The position numbers and the translations under genes were made by a program. From the human T2T-CHM13v2.0 reference genome, Homo sapiens, in the NCBI RefSeq assembly GCF_009914755.1, contig NC_060940.1: a stretch of 64,000 bases of DNA. The stretch is one strand, 5' to 3'. Below the pieces are notes generated by a model. The model did not search any database and was not told where the DNA came from. It saw only the letters and a program-made list of their open reading frames with translations. Shown here in pieces: positions 43,201 through 58,817 of the stretch. Numbering within the stretch: position 1 is the first letter of the stretch; every line of letters starts with the position of its first letter.

Positions 43201-46200
43201 AATGGGTTAGTAATTTATTCCATATGTCTTGATTTTTCCTAGACACAAGGCTTCCTTTAAAATAATTGTAGGCATTTAAGAAACCATGTAAACTAAAAAG
43301 AAGAAATTGTGACACTGCCACTTAGGTTTTTTAAATCTTTGGACATGAATCAATATATTTTTTAATTTTATCTTAATTAGACATTGTGAGTTCACCATCT
43401 TCCTGTCAGTATAGCATCCAAGATGATTATCATAGATTACAAGTTCAACTATCAACTGTGTTCTGAGAGTTTAAAAAAATAAATGAATGTATTTGTTTTG
43501 GTATTCTTAAAGCAGGAGTGAGGACACAGTGAAAGTGAGACAAGGAAGAGAGAACAAAATAAAACAGGAAAGATAGAAAAGCCAATACCACACTTGTTAA
43601 GAGGCAAGTTCCTGTGTTAGATATCTGGGCTTAATTCTCTGGGAAGCTATGTGGAACATGCCTCAGAATTACATCACTGAATCCAGGGAGATTCTTCTTA
43701 GTTACCCTCACCTTTTCTTCCCACTTCATGCCCAGTAACAAGCTCCCGTGCTGCTAGAGAAAGTCCTCAGCTAGAAACAGGTGCAAATTCTGGAGATGAG
43801 ACCTTGTAGAGTGTTAAGAATGATTTTCTTCCCAGCAGCTACAGGTGAGGAATAGGGGCTGGGCTATTAATACACCTGCTACAAATCAATATACCCCTTA
43901 TGCTCCTTTTGGTGATCGACAATGTATTTTAAAATATTAGATGATCAAGAAGGGCTGCAGAAAGGAGGAAACAGAAACAAACAGCACACCTCTTGGTTTA
44001 TTTTTATTCATTTCATCAGTGTCAAGGAAAATGTGTTGGGAGTTCCTGGCATAGAGAATGTCACAAAGACATGTTTTCAATAGTGGTGCTATCCCTAGGG
44101 CAGAGAAGACCCAGAGAAAGCCCAAGTGGCTGCTGGAACAAAGTCAGACACCGTGCCACCTGTCCACACTTCTTGGCTCTGCCATCATGCTGAAGATCGG
44201 TTGAAAGGACTCCCTTCCCTACCCCCAAAATTAAAAGAGCACAAACTGAGAAACTGAATGTAGGAGACAGCAGTGGATTATGCTGTTCTCAGGGGTCATC
44301 TCAGGTTTGGAAGCATTCTTTCAAACTAACCCATCTCAGGCCATCTGCAGAAAAGAAACGTGGTACCTAACTTTTTTTCTTGTCAGCATTTGGTAGGGGT
44401 GTTTTATTGACCAAATATGTTCCCACAACCTAGTTTTTTGTAACTAACTGAATATAGTAGATTTTTAAATTTTATCATCAAAATCTATAGACAATTTTTT
44501 ATTAAAATAGACTCCACATCTATGTCCTGCTTTTCTTCTTCTTATTAATTACAGTGCTGTATAAAAGAACAAGACTTCAGAATCAAGAATATCTTGTCTC
44601 TTGGCATTGAATTTATACAAGGTGCTCTTTCTTTAATGCTGTCTCAAAGGACACATTTTTACTCATTAAAAAGGAAGATCGGAATCTAGTTGTATGCACT
44701 GCTCCAACATATTAATAATTAAAATTAGGAGGTAAATGTGGTCAAAGCTATAGAAAGACTTGAGATGTCATTTATATTGATTACTGTATAGCACTCTACA
44801 AACAGAAATTGTTAAATAATAGTTTATATAAATATTTTGTAGCATTTCAAATATTTTAGTGCCTGAAGTTTCTCCTCTTATATAGTTCAGATTATCAATT
44901 TGGAGACTTACTCCGCTAGTTAAAATGTTTTTAGTCTCGTTTGAGTATTATATAAAAGCAATTTTCAGTTAAATGTGTTCCGCTTACATAAAACATTACA
45001 AATTAGTGAGGATTTAATTACATTTTCATGTTCCTGTAATGTCTTTAGAAGATTTTCATATTATTACCTATCAATATATGTATGCTTTGTCAAAGAAAAG
45101 TCAAACATATATATCATTGAAATCGAAAATTTTTAAAAGTACTTATTAATTCTATTGAAAAACCACATCCATAGCAACAATTACAATATAGTGAACATGT
45201 AAATATATATCCTATGTCTATTTTATATATAAGCATATATGATTAAAAATATAGTTAATAATTTTTAAACCTAGTTTTATAAAGTAAAAATTAGTTAACT
45301 TCTGATGATTATTTGTTAATGAAGATATAATTATTTTGATTTGGGTGATTTTAAATAAAAATATTAAATTACGTGACAAAGTTTTTTATAAAATGTTTAT
45401 GATTTTTACATTGGTTTTATCACTTTATTCCACTATTTTATTTTAAGATGACCTGCCTTGTTTAAAACAATCTTAATTAAATTAAATTCCATTTTGTAAA
45501 AAAATTAACAAATGATTTGCTCTATTATACATTGCGTTTATAAACTGAGTCAGTATCTCAAGATTTGATCCCCATTATCATCATCTGTGGCCCTATTTGT
45601 TTTATAAATGTATTGTCTTTTTCCATGCCTGTCACGTCTCTATTGCTCATTCATTTTCTCTTTGTCCCTTATAGGGAGTTGCATCTTAAAAAAGCACAAT
45701 AACCTCCTCATTCTTTTTCACACAGAGAAATGTTTGTTAAGTAATTAAAGTGTAGATGATGATACAAAGAGCTTGATTAAATTAGATGTCAAAGTACCCT
45801 TGTGATTCACAATATGAATGGTATTTAATTTCTTTGAAATCAATAATTGCTGAGTGACATTAATTAATGCCAGTATTTCAGAAGTTGTTCTAGTTAGTGA
45901 AATGTATACAACATGCAAAAGTTTCAGAACTCTGAAGGGCAACATTATTCTATAATTAAGAATTCACATTAATTATTGGGGAGAAATTATTAAGAATTAA
46001 TGACTGAGAAAATGATTTTATTTAGAAAATTATTTTGTGCATGAGCATTACTGCAAGTTTTGCAAGAAACATAAATTTAAAGAAACAATTATGTCCACAA
46101 GGTGAATTTAATAACATCTGATATTTTCCATGATTACAGTTTTATTTGGTAAATCTTTAAATGCACATCATCTAAAGATAATAAATGAATCTTGGAAATC

Positions 46201-46600
46201 TTGTAGGTAAGGGTAAATGTTAGGATGCAATTGGTAACCTAAATGTTACCAATTACATTTACAACACATACAATTACATTTTCACACACATGCACACACT
46301 CACTGATACACGTGTGTATATATATACATGAATTTACTAATTGGTTTTAACTAATTATTATAAGAGCCAGTAGGATTGATATATATTGTTGAACCTGAAA
46401 AATATTTATTATATACATGTTTAAAATACACAAAGAAATAAATAGTAATTAAACTAGGCATTTGAAACTCTACTAAAATATAAGCTGTGAACATTTTGTG
46501 ATCATTACAAATTCTTACACTGAATAAATTATTTTTATACTATTAATATGTTGGATACATGTGTACATTTTTTACAATGTATTATTTTATTTTTGTCATA

Positions 46601-46942
46601 GAGTCATGTCATGCATAATAACATTTCAGTCAAAGATGGATTACATATACAAAAGTGGTCCCATGAGATTATAATATATATTTTTACATACTTTTCTATG
46701 TTTAAGTATGTTTAGATACATAAACTCTTACCACTGCGTTCTTATTGCCTGCAGTATTCTGTACAGTAATGTAGTACACAGGTTTGTAGCCTAGGAGAGA
46801 GAGGCTATACCATTTAACCTAGACGTGGTAGGCTGTACAATCTAGGTGTTTGTAATACTCTCTGTGATGTTTGCAAAATGATGAAATTGCCTATGGATGC
46901 ATCTCTTAGAACGTATCCCTATCATTCAGTGATGTGTGACTC
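46601..46942 (-). mobile_element. Tigger3a (MER7A)-like DNA transposon
   Basis: GAGTCATG...GTGGTCCCATGAGATTATAAT...CAGGTTTGTAGCCTAGGAG...AGAACGTATCCC...TGACTC, TA-flanked. Confidence 0.75.
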
Positions 46943-47869
46943 TACTAAAATGCTCAATGTAAGTTTCAATGCCCTCCATAAAATTGTTGTACTGTGAAAT
47001 ACAAATCTCTCACCCATGGCCTGAATATGTTTACAAACTAAGCAGATCATGGGAAGGAGAATGTGCTGGCATCGCTGGGATGATTTTTCTCACACTACAT
47101 GAATAATATCTCCAGACTTTGCGAATATGAGCCACTTGCATAGAGTTAAAGTAGGCATCTCTTTGCTGGGAAATTTATCAAATGGCAGTATGAAGGGTTC
47201 TTAAAAGATACTTGTTTGTTTGTAGCAGGTAGGCCTACACTGGCTCATGGCAATGGTTGAGGTTGCTAAGATTTGGTGGAAGGAGGCAAAATGAAATGGC
47301 CACTTATATGGTATATGGATCACTTGTTTCTGTTGAGTTACAGATTCAGCTGACTCTTTCTCCCAATGTTAGTTATTCAGAGAAAGAAAACATGATAGTA
47401 ATTTTGGGGTGACAAATACAATATTTGATGAAAGCAAATTTATTGAGGGTTAGACAAACTACAAGATACTTTAGGCTGCAAAGTCAACACAAGACTTCTG
47501 GCCCAAATTGTGCAGAGTTTGGGTCCAGCTGCAAAGTTCAAAAGAAGAGGCCACGTAAGACTATTCTCACTTCTGACACCAACTGCCAGTTCAGGGGTTT
47601 CCCCAGAACACCCTCAGTTTCAAGAATTTACTAGAAAGACTCACGGAACTCATTGAATGCTATTGTACTCATGGTTTATAATAGAGAAAGGGTAGAAATT
47701 AGGACCAATCAATGGAAGAGACATATCATATAAGGTGGAATCTAGGAGGATTTTGAATGTTAAGTTTCCATTGTCTTCAGGACATATTACCTGTCATTGT
47801 TGTACAGCAATAAACATGGCGTACTACCAACCTGGGGAGCTCACCTGATGCTAAAAAGATACTATTTAG

Positions 47870-50720
47870 TTAATGAAAAGGCAAATGAAAGGATGAGATA
47901 AGATGACCTTCCACATTAAGGCACTGGAAAAAATAGCAAACTAAACCTAAAGCAAGCAGAAGGAAGAAAATAAAAATTAGAGAAATTAATAATTTATAAT
48001 AATATTTGTTAGTATAATTGATATTAATTCTTGACTTTTTTTAAAAAGAGAAATATTCACTTCCCAATTTATTCTGTGGGGCCAGTGTTACCTTGATACA
48101 AAAGTTAGTCCAAATAGCATAGAAAAATAAAACTACTATAAGTATAAATGCAAAATCCCTTAAAAAAATACTAACAAATAAAATCTAGCAACATATAAAA
48201 GAATTATACACTATGACAAAGTGAAATTTATACTAGTAATCCCAGGTTAGTTTAACAGCCCAAAATCCATGAAGGTAATACATCTTATCCATAGAATAAG
48301 AAACAAGAATTGCATGATCATCTCGATAGATTCAGAAAAGACATTTAACAAAATCTAAATGCTTTAATGATTAAAAATAAAAATAAAAACTCAATGAACC
48401 AGGAATAGAGAACTTTCTACACCAGATACATGGCACCTGTGAAAAGCCAACAGCAAACATTCAACTTAGTGGTGAAAGAAAGGATAATTTCCCGCTATGG
48501 TCGGAGATAAGAATAAGATATATACTTTGACCTCTTCTAGTCGACACTGTGCTAAAGATTTTATGCACGGCAAATCGGCCAGTAAAGAAATAAGAGTCAC
48601 CCATATTGAACAGGAGGAAATAAAACTTTATTTGCAAATAACATTCTTGTATATAGAAAATTTTAAGGAATCCACTGAATGATAGAACTAGTAAATTATT
48701 TCAGCAATATTACAGCATACAAGATAAATATACAAAAATCAATTGCACACATCTACAATGAAAACCCCAAAATGAAATTAAGAAAACACTTCAATTTACA
48801 ATAGCATCAAAAAAAGAAATAATAATTAATTTGGAAAGTGTGATACAATATTTTACTCTGAAATTTAAAAATTATTGTCTAAAGAAGATCTAAATAATTA
48901 GCAAATATCTTACAGCCATGAATTGGAAGACTTAATATTGTAGTACTTTACAATTTGAACTACAGATCTGATGAAATCCCTGCAAGTATCCCAACAGACT
49001 TCTGTCTAGAAACTGACAAGCTGATTCTAAAATACACATGGAATTGTAAGGGACTCAAAATAGCCAAAATAATCTTGAAAAAAGAAAACATGTTAGGATA
49101 ATTCACACCCCCATTCTCCAAACTTTACTGCAAAGCATCAGTAATCAAGACAACACAATACCGATGAAGGAAAAATATATAGATTGATGATTCTACACAT
49201 AAATGAGATCACACAACATTTGTCTTTCTTCGTCTGGCTTATTCCACTTAGAATAATGTTCTCTATGTGTTGTTGCAAATGTAAGAATTTCCTTGTTTTT
49301 AAAGGCTGAATAATTTCACTTTTATGTAGGTATAAGCCACATTTTATCTGTTCATTCATAGATGGATATGGACTTCTTTCCCAAGTCTAGGCTATTAGGA
49401 ATAATCTCACAATGAACATATAGTTGACACACTCACTTTATTTTCTCTAGATGTATGCTCAGAAGTGGGTATACTCTATGTTCAATTCACTGAGTAATCT
49501 CCATGTCGTTTTTCATAATGGCTGTACTAATTTACATTTTTTTCCAAACCATACATGGATAACTTTGTACCACATATTCAGGTATTTGTTTAAGTCTTGA
49601 ATCCATTTTTAGCTGATTTCTGTGTATCATGTGAGGTAAGGTTCATTTTTTTTCTTCTGCATATGGATGCCCAGTTTTCACACCACTTCTTGAAGAGACT
49701 GTCCTCTCTCTATTGTCTGTCCTTGGCAATTTGTCAAAGATCAGTTTATTGGGAAGGAATGGGTTGATTTCCAGGTTGTCTATAATGTTCCATTGGACTC
49801 TATGTCTGTTTACATGTCAGCATTATACTGTTTTGATTTATATTGATTTGATTTTGAAATTATAGAATATGATATATTCAGCTTTGTTAAATTGTGCCCA
49901 AAATTACTTTGGCTATTTAAAGGCCTTTGTATTTGATATAACTGGAGAAATTTTTAATATTTTTGTAAAAACATGCCATGGAGATTATTTATTTTATTGG
50001 CATATAATAGATATACATATTTTATGGGAACATGTAATATATTGATACATTTATAAATGTGTAAAGAGCAGATCAGGATTGGTATATCTGATTGGTATAT
50101 CTATCACATTAAACATGTATATTCTCTTTATGCTAGGCACATTTGAACGACTCTTCTAGCTATTTTAATGTGTACATTAGATTATAGTTAACTATAGTCA
50201 CCTTACTCATCTATGAAATATTTAGATTTTATTTCTTCTATATAACTATATATCTGTATTCAGTAATCAACCTCTCTTTATTCTCTTCTCCCTTGTATCT
50301 ATCCAGGCTTCTGGTAAAAACCAATCTACTCTCTGTCTTCAGGAAATCCAATTTTTTAGTTTTGACATAAAAGTAAGAAGATGCAGTATTTGTCTTTCTG
50401 TGCTTGGTTTATTTAACTTAACATTAGGGCTTCCACTTCCATTCATATTGTTGCAAATGACAAGATATCAACATTGATGGCTGAATAATATTCTATTGCA
50501 TACCTAGATCATATTTTTTTATCCATTTGTCCACCTGCAGACCCTGAGGTGCTTTCATATCTGGGCTATTGTGAATAGAGCTGCAAAGAACATGGAGTGC
50601 ACATGCCTTTATGAGGTGGTGATTTTATCTTCTTTAGAACATACCCAGAATAGGATTTGCCACGTCATCAGGTATTTCTATTTTTCTTTTATTTCGGAGT
50701 CTTCATACTACTTTGCACAA
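47870..50720. mobile_element. Old L1M fragments (plus to about 49190, minus thereafter)
   Basis: Degenerate ORF2-like A-rich text (ATGATCATCTCGATAGATTCAGAAAAGACATTTAACAAAAT) switching to antisense 3'-end motifs. Confidence 0.7.
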
Positions 50721-51937
50721 TAGTGGAAATACAAATGGAATAACCATTATAAAAAGCAGTTTCAGTTTTGAGGTATGATCCAAAACCAAATAATGTTTCC
50801 TCATGATTCTCATTGGGAGTCTCTAATGAATCTGGTGGAAATGTAGGAAGTTTTCTAACCTCGTTAAGAAAATTATGAGTTTGCACCTTTTTTCTTTTTG
50901 AGGCTGGAAATTGGCATGATTCAAGTTGCATACTCTTGGCAGGTTTCAGAATGGTACAGCAGAAATCATAATGAGAGGGCAAGAGAGAGAATGAGGGAAA
51001 GTCAGGCAAACAAAGAAAAAAAATAAATTTCACAAGAGGAGAAACTGCTGGATATCAGTGTTGGGTTTTGGTCACAGACACATCTGTACTGAGTGAGGAA
51101 CCATGAAGTCAAGGGAGGAGTCTAGAACTTGTTCACCTGAAGCATCAGCATATTTCTCCGAGGCACCTAATTGCCACCACATCACAAGGGTGATGAATAT
51201 TTGGATGCCATTAAACATGAGCTCCCAGGAAGTAATCATGTTTCCATGAAATTCAGTTAAAATGCCAAGGGTGTGTCCAGATCATTCATGCAAAAACACA
51301 AAATTTGCCTTTGCATTTATGGTTATCTAGAGACAAAGTGCATTGAGACTTCAGCAGGTTTCAGAGATCTGTTAAGTTTGGGGTTCCCATAGGAGAGCAC
51401 CTTTTAGTAAAGGCTGGTCTATTTATTAAGTAGGTACAAATCCCCTCTATGGGAGTAGTGTTCCAATTGTGTGGAATTTTTAATTCCTTATTGAGTTGTA
51501 AAAAAAAAAATCCCAAGGATTGACTCCATGGAGTTTTACTTCTGTGATGATAAAAATATTTAATAAGATTCCTTCCAGTGTTTCAAGGAAAGTTTTTCTC
51601 TAATTTTTTTCCAATATATAAATTTTCCTGGCTAAAGGTTATAAGAGGCTGTTGTTAAAAAGACATACTGGAATGGCAACTTTAATCTGTTGGTGATAGG
51701 AGTGAGCATAATACATGAATCTCTTTGAGGGTTCTGCCTCATCCAAATACAGTATGGCAAAGGAGTATTGGGGGTAAAATCTCTAAATGTATTTTTTCCA
51801 GCAATCAAGTCATGAGGCAATAACAGATTCATCCTTAAGGCAGAGGACCATAATGCCACAGTGCTAGTAGGAGTACATGTGGCCAAGGGAGTTCAAGGGT
51901 TCCTTAATATTGTGACAATTTTGATATAAGTATACAT

Positions 51938-52057
51938 TAGTAGAGACAGGGTTTCAACATGTTGGTCAGGCTGGTCTCAAACTCCTGACCACATGAACCG
52001 CCTGCCTCAGCCTCCCAAAGTGCTGAGATTACAGGCATGAGACACCATGTCCAGCTG
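51938..52057 (-). mobile_element. Alu left-arm fragment
   Basis: TTAGTAGAGACAGGGTTTC...GATTACAGGCATGAG; right arm missing. Confidence 0.85.
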
Positions 52058-53516
52058 GTCCATTTATTTTCTTCTGCATGTGCATACCCATAAACTTATG
52101 TGGAAGATTGTAGGAGGTTATAACAGTGTCGTACTTTAGTATCAGCCGTGTCTTACAGAGTCATTTTATAATAGTTCCTTTCATGGGTGTGCTTCACTCA
52201 GTTCATGCAAAACCTGGCAGGTCACAGGCTAAAAACACAAAATGCAGAAGCTTTTAATCAACTGAAAGGGCTGTAGCCTTTTGTCAAAGAATTATTTCAA
52301 GACACAGAGATCACAGATAGATGATAAATAAAATATATTCACATCCCCTTAAGGGTGGGAACTGAGGAAAGTTTACCTAAATATGTCCAAAGGGCCCTGT
52401 GGCTCAATTCTGTCTAGGTCCCAATGTAAGGATTCTCCCAGGATTTTGTGGCTAGCTTGTCACACCTCATCAATAATTAACCTCTGCTGATTCCTCAAGG
52501 TGTTTATTTAATTGGATAACCAATTTGTCTATAAATTGTAGAGTTGAAATAAAAAAAATCATTTGTAATAATCTGGCACAAATTATCTAAGCAAAGTCGA
52601 TAACTAGATATTTTTCATTCATTTTTATTTAAAACCAGGGGCTAACCATTGATATTTTTAAATAACATCTGTGACTCTCTCAGCAGTTTTCTCTTCTGAG
52701 GATATAACCTGGTGTGGCAGTTTTCTTAGCTTCAGTGTTACTTACCTCTTTTTGCATTGAATTCCACCTTTATATTTGCCAGGAATCTGGGATAAAGGAG
52801 TGCTTCTAAGAACTCCCTACCTTGCCCATGTTGGGGGCTGTTCCAGAATATGTGAGATGCTCTATTGTTTACAAAGCATCCCAGAGCCATGCACTGCTCT
52901 AAAACATGTTTATTTCCTGGTTTGACAAATTGGAATTTCTAATAAATGCAATCACTTCTGCCATCTGGGCTGATTTTACATCAGGTAGAAGACTGTATTC
53001 TAAGGAAACACATTAGTAACAGCAATTTTAGTCAAAAACCTAGAGTTTTATTATTGAGGCATGATTCATAAAATTATATTAGGCTGAGGTTCTCAGTGGC
53101 GGTGTCTAAACCTCTTGGGTGTACAGGGTCTTCCCTACTAACATGAAGCATTTATGAGCACGGTCATAGTTTCCAGCCATGCTTCTCCCTGTCTCCCTAT
53201 CACCACAAACTAACTATGACCTCACCTGCAACCTGGGTTAATTTCCAAATAAGTTATTTTTTAATCTTTATGCCTCTAGATGATTATGTGAGGCTATTTC
53301 AGTAGAAAGTTAAAAATAACATTTGAACTGACTAACCAACACAGAAAATCACTGATAAAATGCAAAGCCTGGACGTCAGAGGCTCCAGGCCGATAATGCA
53401 ACAGTATGCAGGCAGTTTCTTCACCCAGTTCTGCACTGACACACCCAGCATGTCAGCTTCATGCCTCATTTGACTCCAATTATGTAGAGACATGGCAAGG
53501 ACATTCTCAAGGGTCA

Positions 53517-54135
<619 letters not shown>

Positions 54136-54189
54136 TCATACATAGATAGATAGATAGCTATATGAGTATATACATACACATATTGCTAG

Positions 54190-55100
54190 AAATCACTAAT
54201 ATTCAGGAAAATGCGAATTCACAATGAGGTGTCTTTTCACCCTTCATCTCTGCTAGAAAGGCTGTTGTCTGAAAGACAAGTAAATAAATAAATAAATATC
54301 AAAAGCTGGCCAGGATGCCTAGAAAGGAAAACTCCTATAGACCACTGGAGGAAATGTGAATTAGTACAGCCATCAAGGGAAAAAAAATGGAACTACCATA
54401 TAATCCAGCAATCCAACTGCTGAGTATATATCTATTTAAATAATTAAAAGAAAAAACTAATATTGAAGAGATACATATACACCCATGTTTACTGCAGCAC
54501 TAATCACAATAGCTAAGATATGAAATCAACGTATGCGTCCATCAACAGTTGAATGGATAAATAAAATGTGGTATATTTACACAATGGAATATTATTCAGA
54601 TTTATCAGTGAAATTCTGTCACTTGAAGCAACATGCATGGAACTGGACACCATTTTGTTGAGTGAAACAAGCCAGACACAGACAAATAAATACGGCATTT
54701 CTCAGTGTTCTATGGAAATTTTTAAAAAGTTGATCTTCCAGAAGTAAATAGTAGAGTAGTGGTTATGAGAGGCTGGGAATGGGTGGAGACTGAGAGATAA
54801 GAAGAGGTTTGTTAACAATGCACAATTACAAGTAGACAGGAGGGATGTGCTGTAGTGTCCTACAGTGCAGTAGGGTGACTACAGTTAACAATATATTGTA
54901 CATTTTCTGTTTACAAGTAACCAGAAGATAGAAGTTTGTATGCTACTAACAAGTTAATGTTAGTGTCTGAGCTGATTAATTTGCTCACTGTTCTGATTTT
55001 GGTCATACCTCACGGCACACATGTATTGAAATGTCACAATGTACTCCATAAGTATAAACAGTTATTATGTGCCAACTTTAAAAAATCCTTTAATTAAAAA
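54190..55100 (+). mobile_element. L1MA-like 3' end
   Basis: GAACTACCATATAATCCAGCAATCC, TGAATGGATAAATAAAATGTGGTATA, TAGGGTGACTACAGTTAACAAT. Confidence 0.75.
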
Positions 55101-55967
55101 GAATTATATTGGTGTACATTACAAATGATTCAACACAGAGACAGGAATAAATACCATTTTTCTTTGAAATAGTGAATTAACTAACAATGCAGTTACATTC
55201 ATTTGCACCAAACTGTGTATTTGATCATGGTAAGCATAGACAGAATTATGCATAGAATAATATGTTTTAATTTTAGACTAGTACTTATTACTATAAATGT
55301 AAATAATTTTAAAACAGCTAAGTAAAAATAATAAAGTTGAGGAAATGTGTGTGTGGTGTATGATGTGTGAGCTTTTTCTTGTGCACCACTGTGTCCAGGG
55401 TGGATGTGTGGTGTGTGTCTGTGTCTGTTTGTGTTTACTCTGCTTGGGGTTCTCTGTGATTCTAGGATCTGGACTTCAGTGTCTTTCACAAAATGGGGAA
55501 AATTCTTAGCCATTATTTTTTCAATTACTTTCCCTGTATTTATAATTTCTCCTCAGATTTAAAATATAAATATACTATAATTTTGATATTAATGTTTAAT
55601 TTCTTTCTTCACTTCCTTTTCTTTGCAATTTACTTTGTGAAATTTCTAGTGACATTTTAAGCACATGGTTTCATTTAAAAGCTGAGCCAGCTCTACTGAG
55701 GGGTGTGCCCAAAGCTTGATCAATGTTTATACTGCAGTGCTTTTGATTTCTTATGCATTTCCATTTGATTTCTTCTTAGTATTTTCATATTTCAGTTACC
55801 TATTTAGTCCTGCATTATGTCCACAGTTGCTTCAAGAGATTGTTGCATATGAATTAGAGTTACTTTACATATCTTGTTTAATTAGTTATAATATCTGTAT
55901 CATTTACAAATCTCATGCTGATCTCTTTTATTATGACTTTGATATTTCTCATTAATTTATGTAATAA

Positions 55968-56319
<352 letters not shown>

Positions 56320-57395
56320 TATTATTTCATTTTATGCATTTTCTGCCTGTATTTGATCATACTTTACCTTTGCCAGGCCTTTATTGTGGAAGTGTCTGTG
56401 AATCTTCTCAAAGCTACATTTGACATTTACTTTTGCAGTGGACTTCATAGTTGAAGTCTGTTCTTCTGTGTCCACCAGAGACTTCAGATCCTCCAGTGAT
56501 ACCTTGTTTTTCTTTCCTGCTTGGCTTTGTCTCTTCACCTGTTCCCTCCTCCAGAGAATCATGTTCAGCTCCCTCAGGTGGATTAAAATGTTATTTAACT
56601 GAAAATTCTGAAATTGGTGGAAAGCAATAGAATAAAGGGAGATTATCTGACCTTCCCTGGGTTCATATTGTGAACATGAGTCTGGGTGTGACCTTTCCAA
56701 TGTTTCTGAACTTCCTCCAAATGAGATGTTGGTCTGTGTGTTCTTGCTCTTTTCCCTGCTGTGGAGTCCTCTTGTTTTCCCCAGTTGTTCCCTCCCACAG
56801 CTCCAATGTTCTCTTTTGGTGTTATCACCTTCCAGATTTGCTGACTTGAACTGCAGATTAAGGCTGTGATTAAATAAGAAAGAGAGGGGAGGTAGTTCTC
56901 AATGGAACTTAGAAGAAGACCTCTTTTCCCATCTCAGTTCCTAAGAGGTTGCCCTGGTGCCTCTATGATACTGGTTTTAGTGGCTTTCCCTGCAGAGTAA
57001 TTTCTTAATTCTCCAATGGGGATACAGAAGGTGGATCTGAATGCTTTTCAGAAGTGTGGGCACTTTTTCTCTCCTAGACAGACACATTGGGACTGAAAGA
57101 TTTTTGTGACTGTCCCCATTCTGGGGAAAAGGCATTCAACAGGATAGGAAAGCTCTTCAGTATGTGGTCTCTTGGAAATTCACACTACAACACATTTACC
57201 ACACTTGACTTCAAAGCAATCCAATATATAAGTGTGTTTTTATCTTATAACAGCCTACATTTTATGACATATGCTGCCTCAGTTCAACTCATACCCCAGC
57301 TTTGTTATTCTCAACAAAAACTTGCCTGTCCCTAGATATCACATTTGATGTTTACCTTAAAACTTCAAGTATCTAAAGTTTTATAAGAATAAATT

Positions 57396-57677
57396 GGCCG
57401 GTTGCAGTGGTTCACACCTGTAATCCCAAAGCTTTGGGAGGCCGAGGTGAGTGGATCACCTGAGGTTATGAGTTTGAGACCAGCCTGGCCAACATGGTAA
57501 AACCTTTCTCTACTAAAAATACAAAAATATTAGCCAAGCATGGTGGCAGGAACCTGTAATCCCAGCTACTAAGGAGGCTGAGACTGGAGAATCACTTGAA
57601 CCCAGGAGGCAGAGTTTGCAAGTCGTGCCATTGTACTCCAGCCTGGGTGACAGAGTGAGACTCAGTCTCAAAAAAAA
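57396..57677 (+). mobile_element. AluS
   Basis: Dimeric Alu with small internal deletion. Confidence 0.9.
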
Positions 57678-58765
57678 TTGCAAAATTCCAGCTTCTTTAT
57701 GTGTTATTGTTGATATTGTTGTTGAAAAAAATAAGTAAAATATATTACTCATCTATGTCCATTTCCAAGCTGTGCAGAAGATTTTTTAGTAAGACCCAGA
57801 GTAATAAAAGAAAGCAAATATTGTTAAGCTGTTCAACAGAAAAACAAATTATGTGTTCGGTGGAATACTATCCATCATTTATAATAAATTAATGCCTGAT
57901 ACACAGAACAACAAGGTAAAAAATCTAAGTATTTATGTTGAGTAAAATAAGCCAAATAAAAATATATACTCTGTTATTTCATTTTTATAAATTTTGATAA
58001 AAATGCATCTAAAGTAATATAATGAAGATCAGTACTTGCCTGGGGAAATGGTAGAAGAAGGGAAGGGGAGAGGAGGAGGAATATAGCAGAACAGGAGGAA
58101 ATGTTGAGAAAAATTCACTAGTCCACTTTCTTGATAATGATGAGAGTTACATCATGTTTATTAATTGTACATTTTAAATGTGTGAAGTATATTACCTTTC
58201 AATTAAGCCTCATAAAATGTATTACAAGCAAACAAACAGAAACTTAGACAAGGAAGGAGTAAAACTTTGACAAGAAAGATAGAAAAAATAAGTTAAATGT
58301 CAGAAGTACCTGAAAATTAATGTGTCTGGACCCTAGTTCTCTCCATATTTTCAGGCGAGTGCTGGAGTGCAGCAAAACCACATGTGCTCCTTATTACGGA
58401 AAGCGGGTTCTAATAAAAACACTAGACACATCCAGCTTTGTCCTGGAGTTGGTTTAGGGAGCAATCAGGACCTGTGATGAGGAACACAGGGCGAGTTACT
58501 GGGGTTCACTCATCCCAGACATGAGCTCCTAGATGTACGCAGAGCCCCCTTCACATGTGGGTTTACTTCTGCATCCATAAATGAGAAAATATTGACTCTA
58601 CAGAACATAGCTTACACGAATATTTAAAAATGAAATAGGGTGATCCTGGCAAAGTGTTTATCACAGCACAATTTCATAAGACAGCGTATTTTCCAAATAC
58701 CATCATTCTCAGCAAACTTCTGCAGGGCACCATTGCCTTATCTGGGTACAGCCTACTCCTCAAGG

Positions 58766-58817
58766 GTCCCACCCTAGATCTTGTTATATAGTAGGAGACA
58801 TGCAAATAGGGCCCTCC
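58766..58817 (+). promoter_or_regulatory. IGHV3-type promoter remnant with perfect octamer ATGCAAAT (58800-58807), no gene following
   Basis: GTCCCACCCTAGATCTTGTTATATAGTAGGAGACATGCAAATAGGGCCCTCC aligns with 63291-63342; homology then stops. Confidence 0.85.
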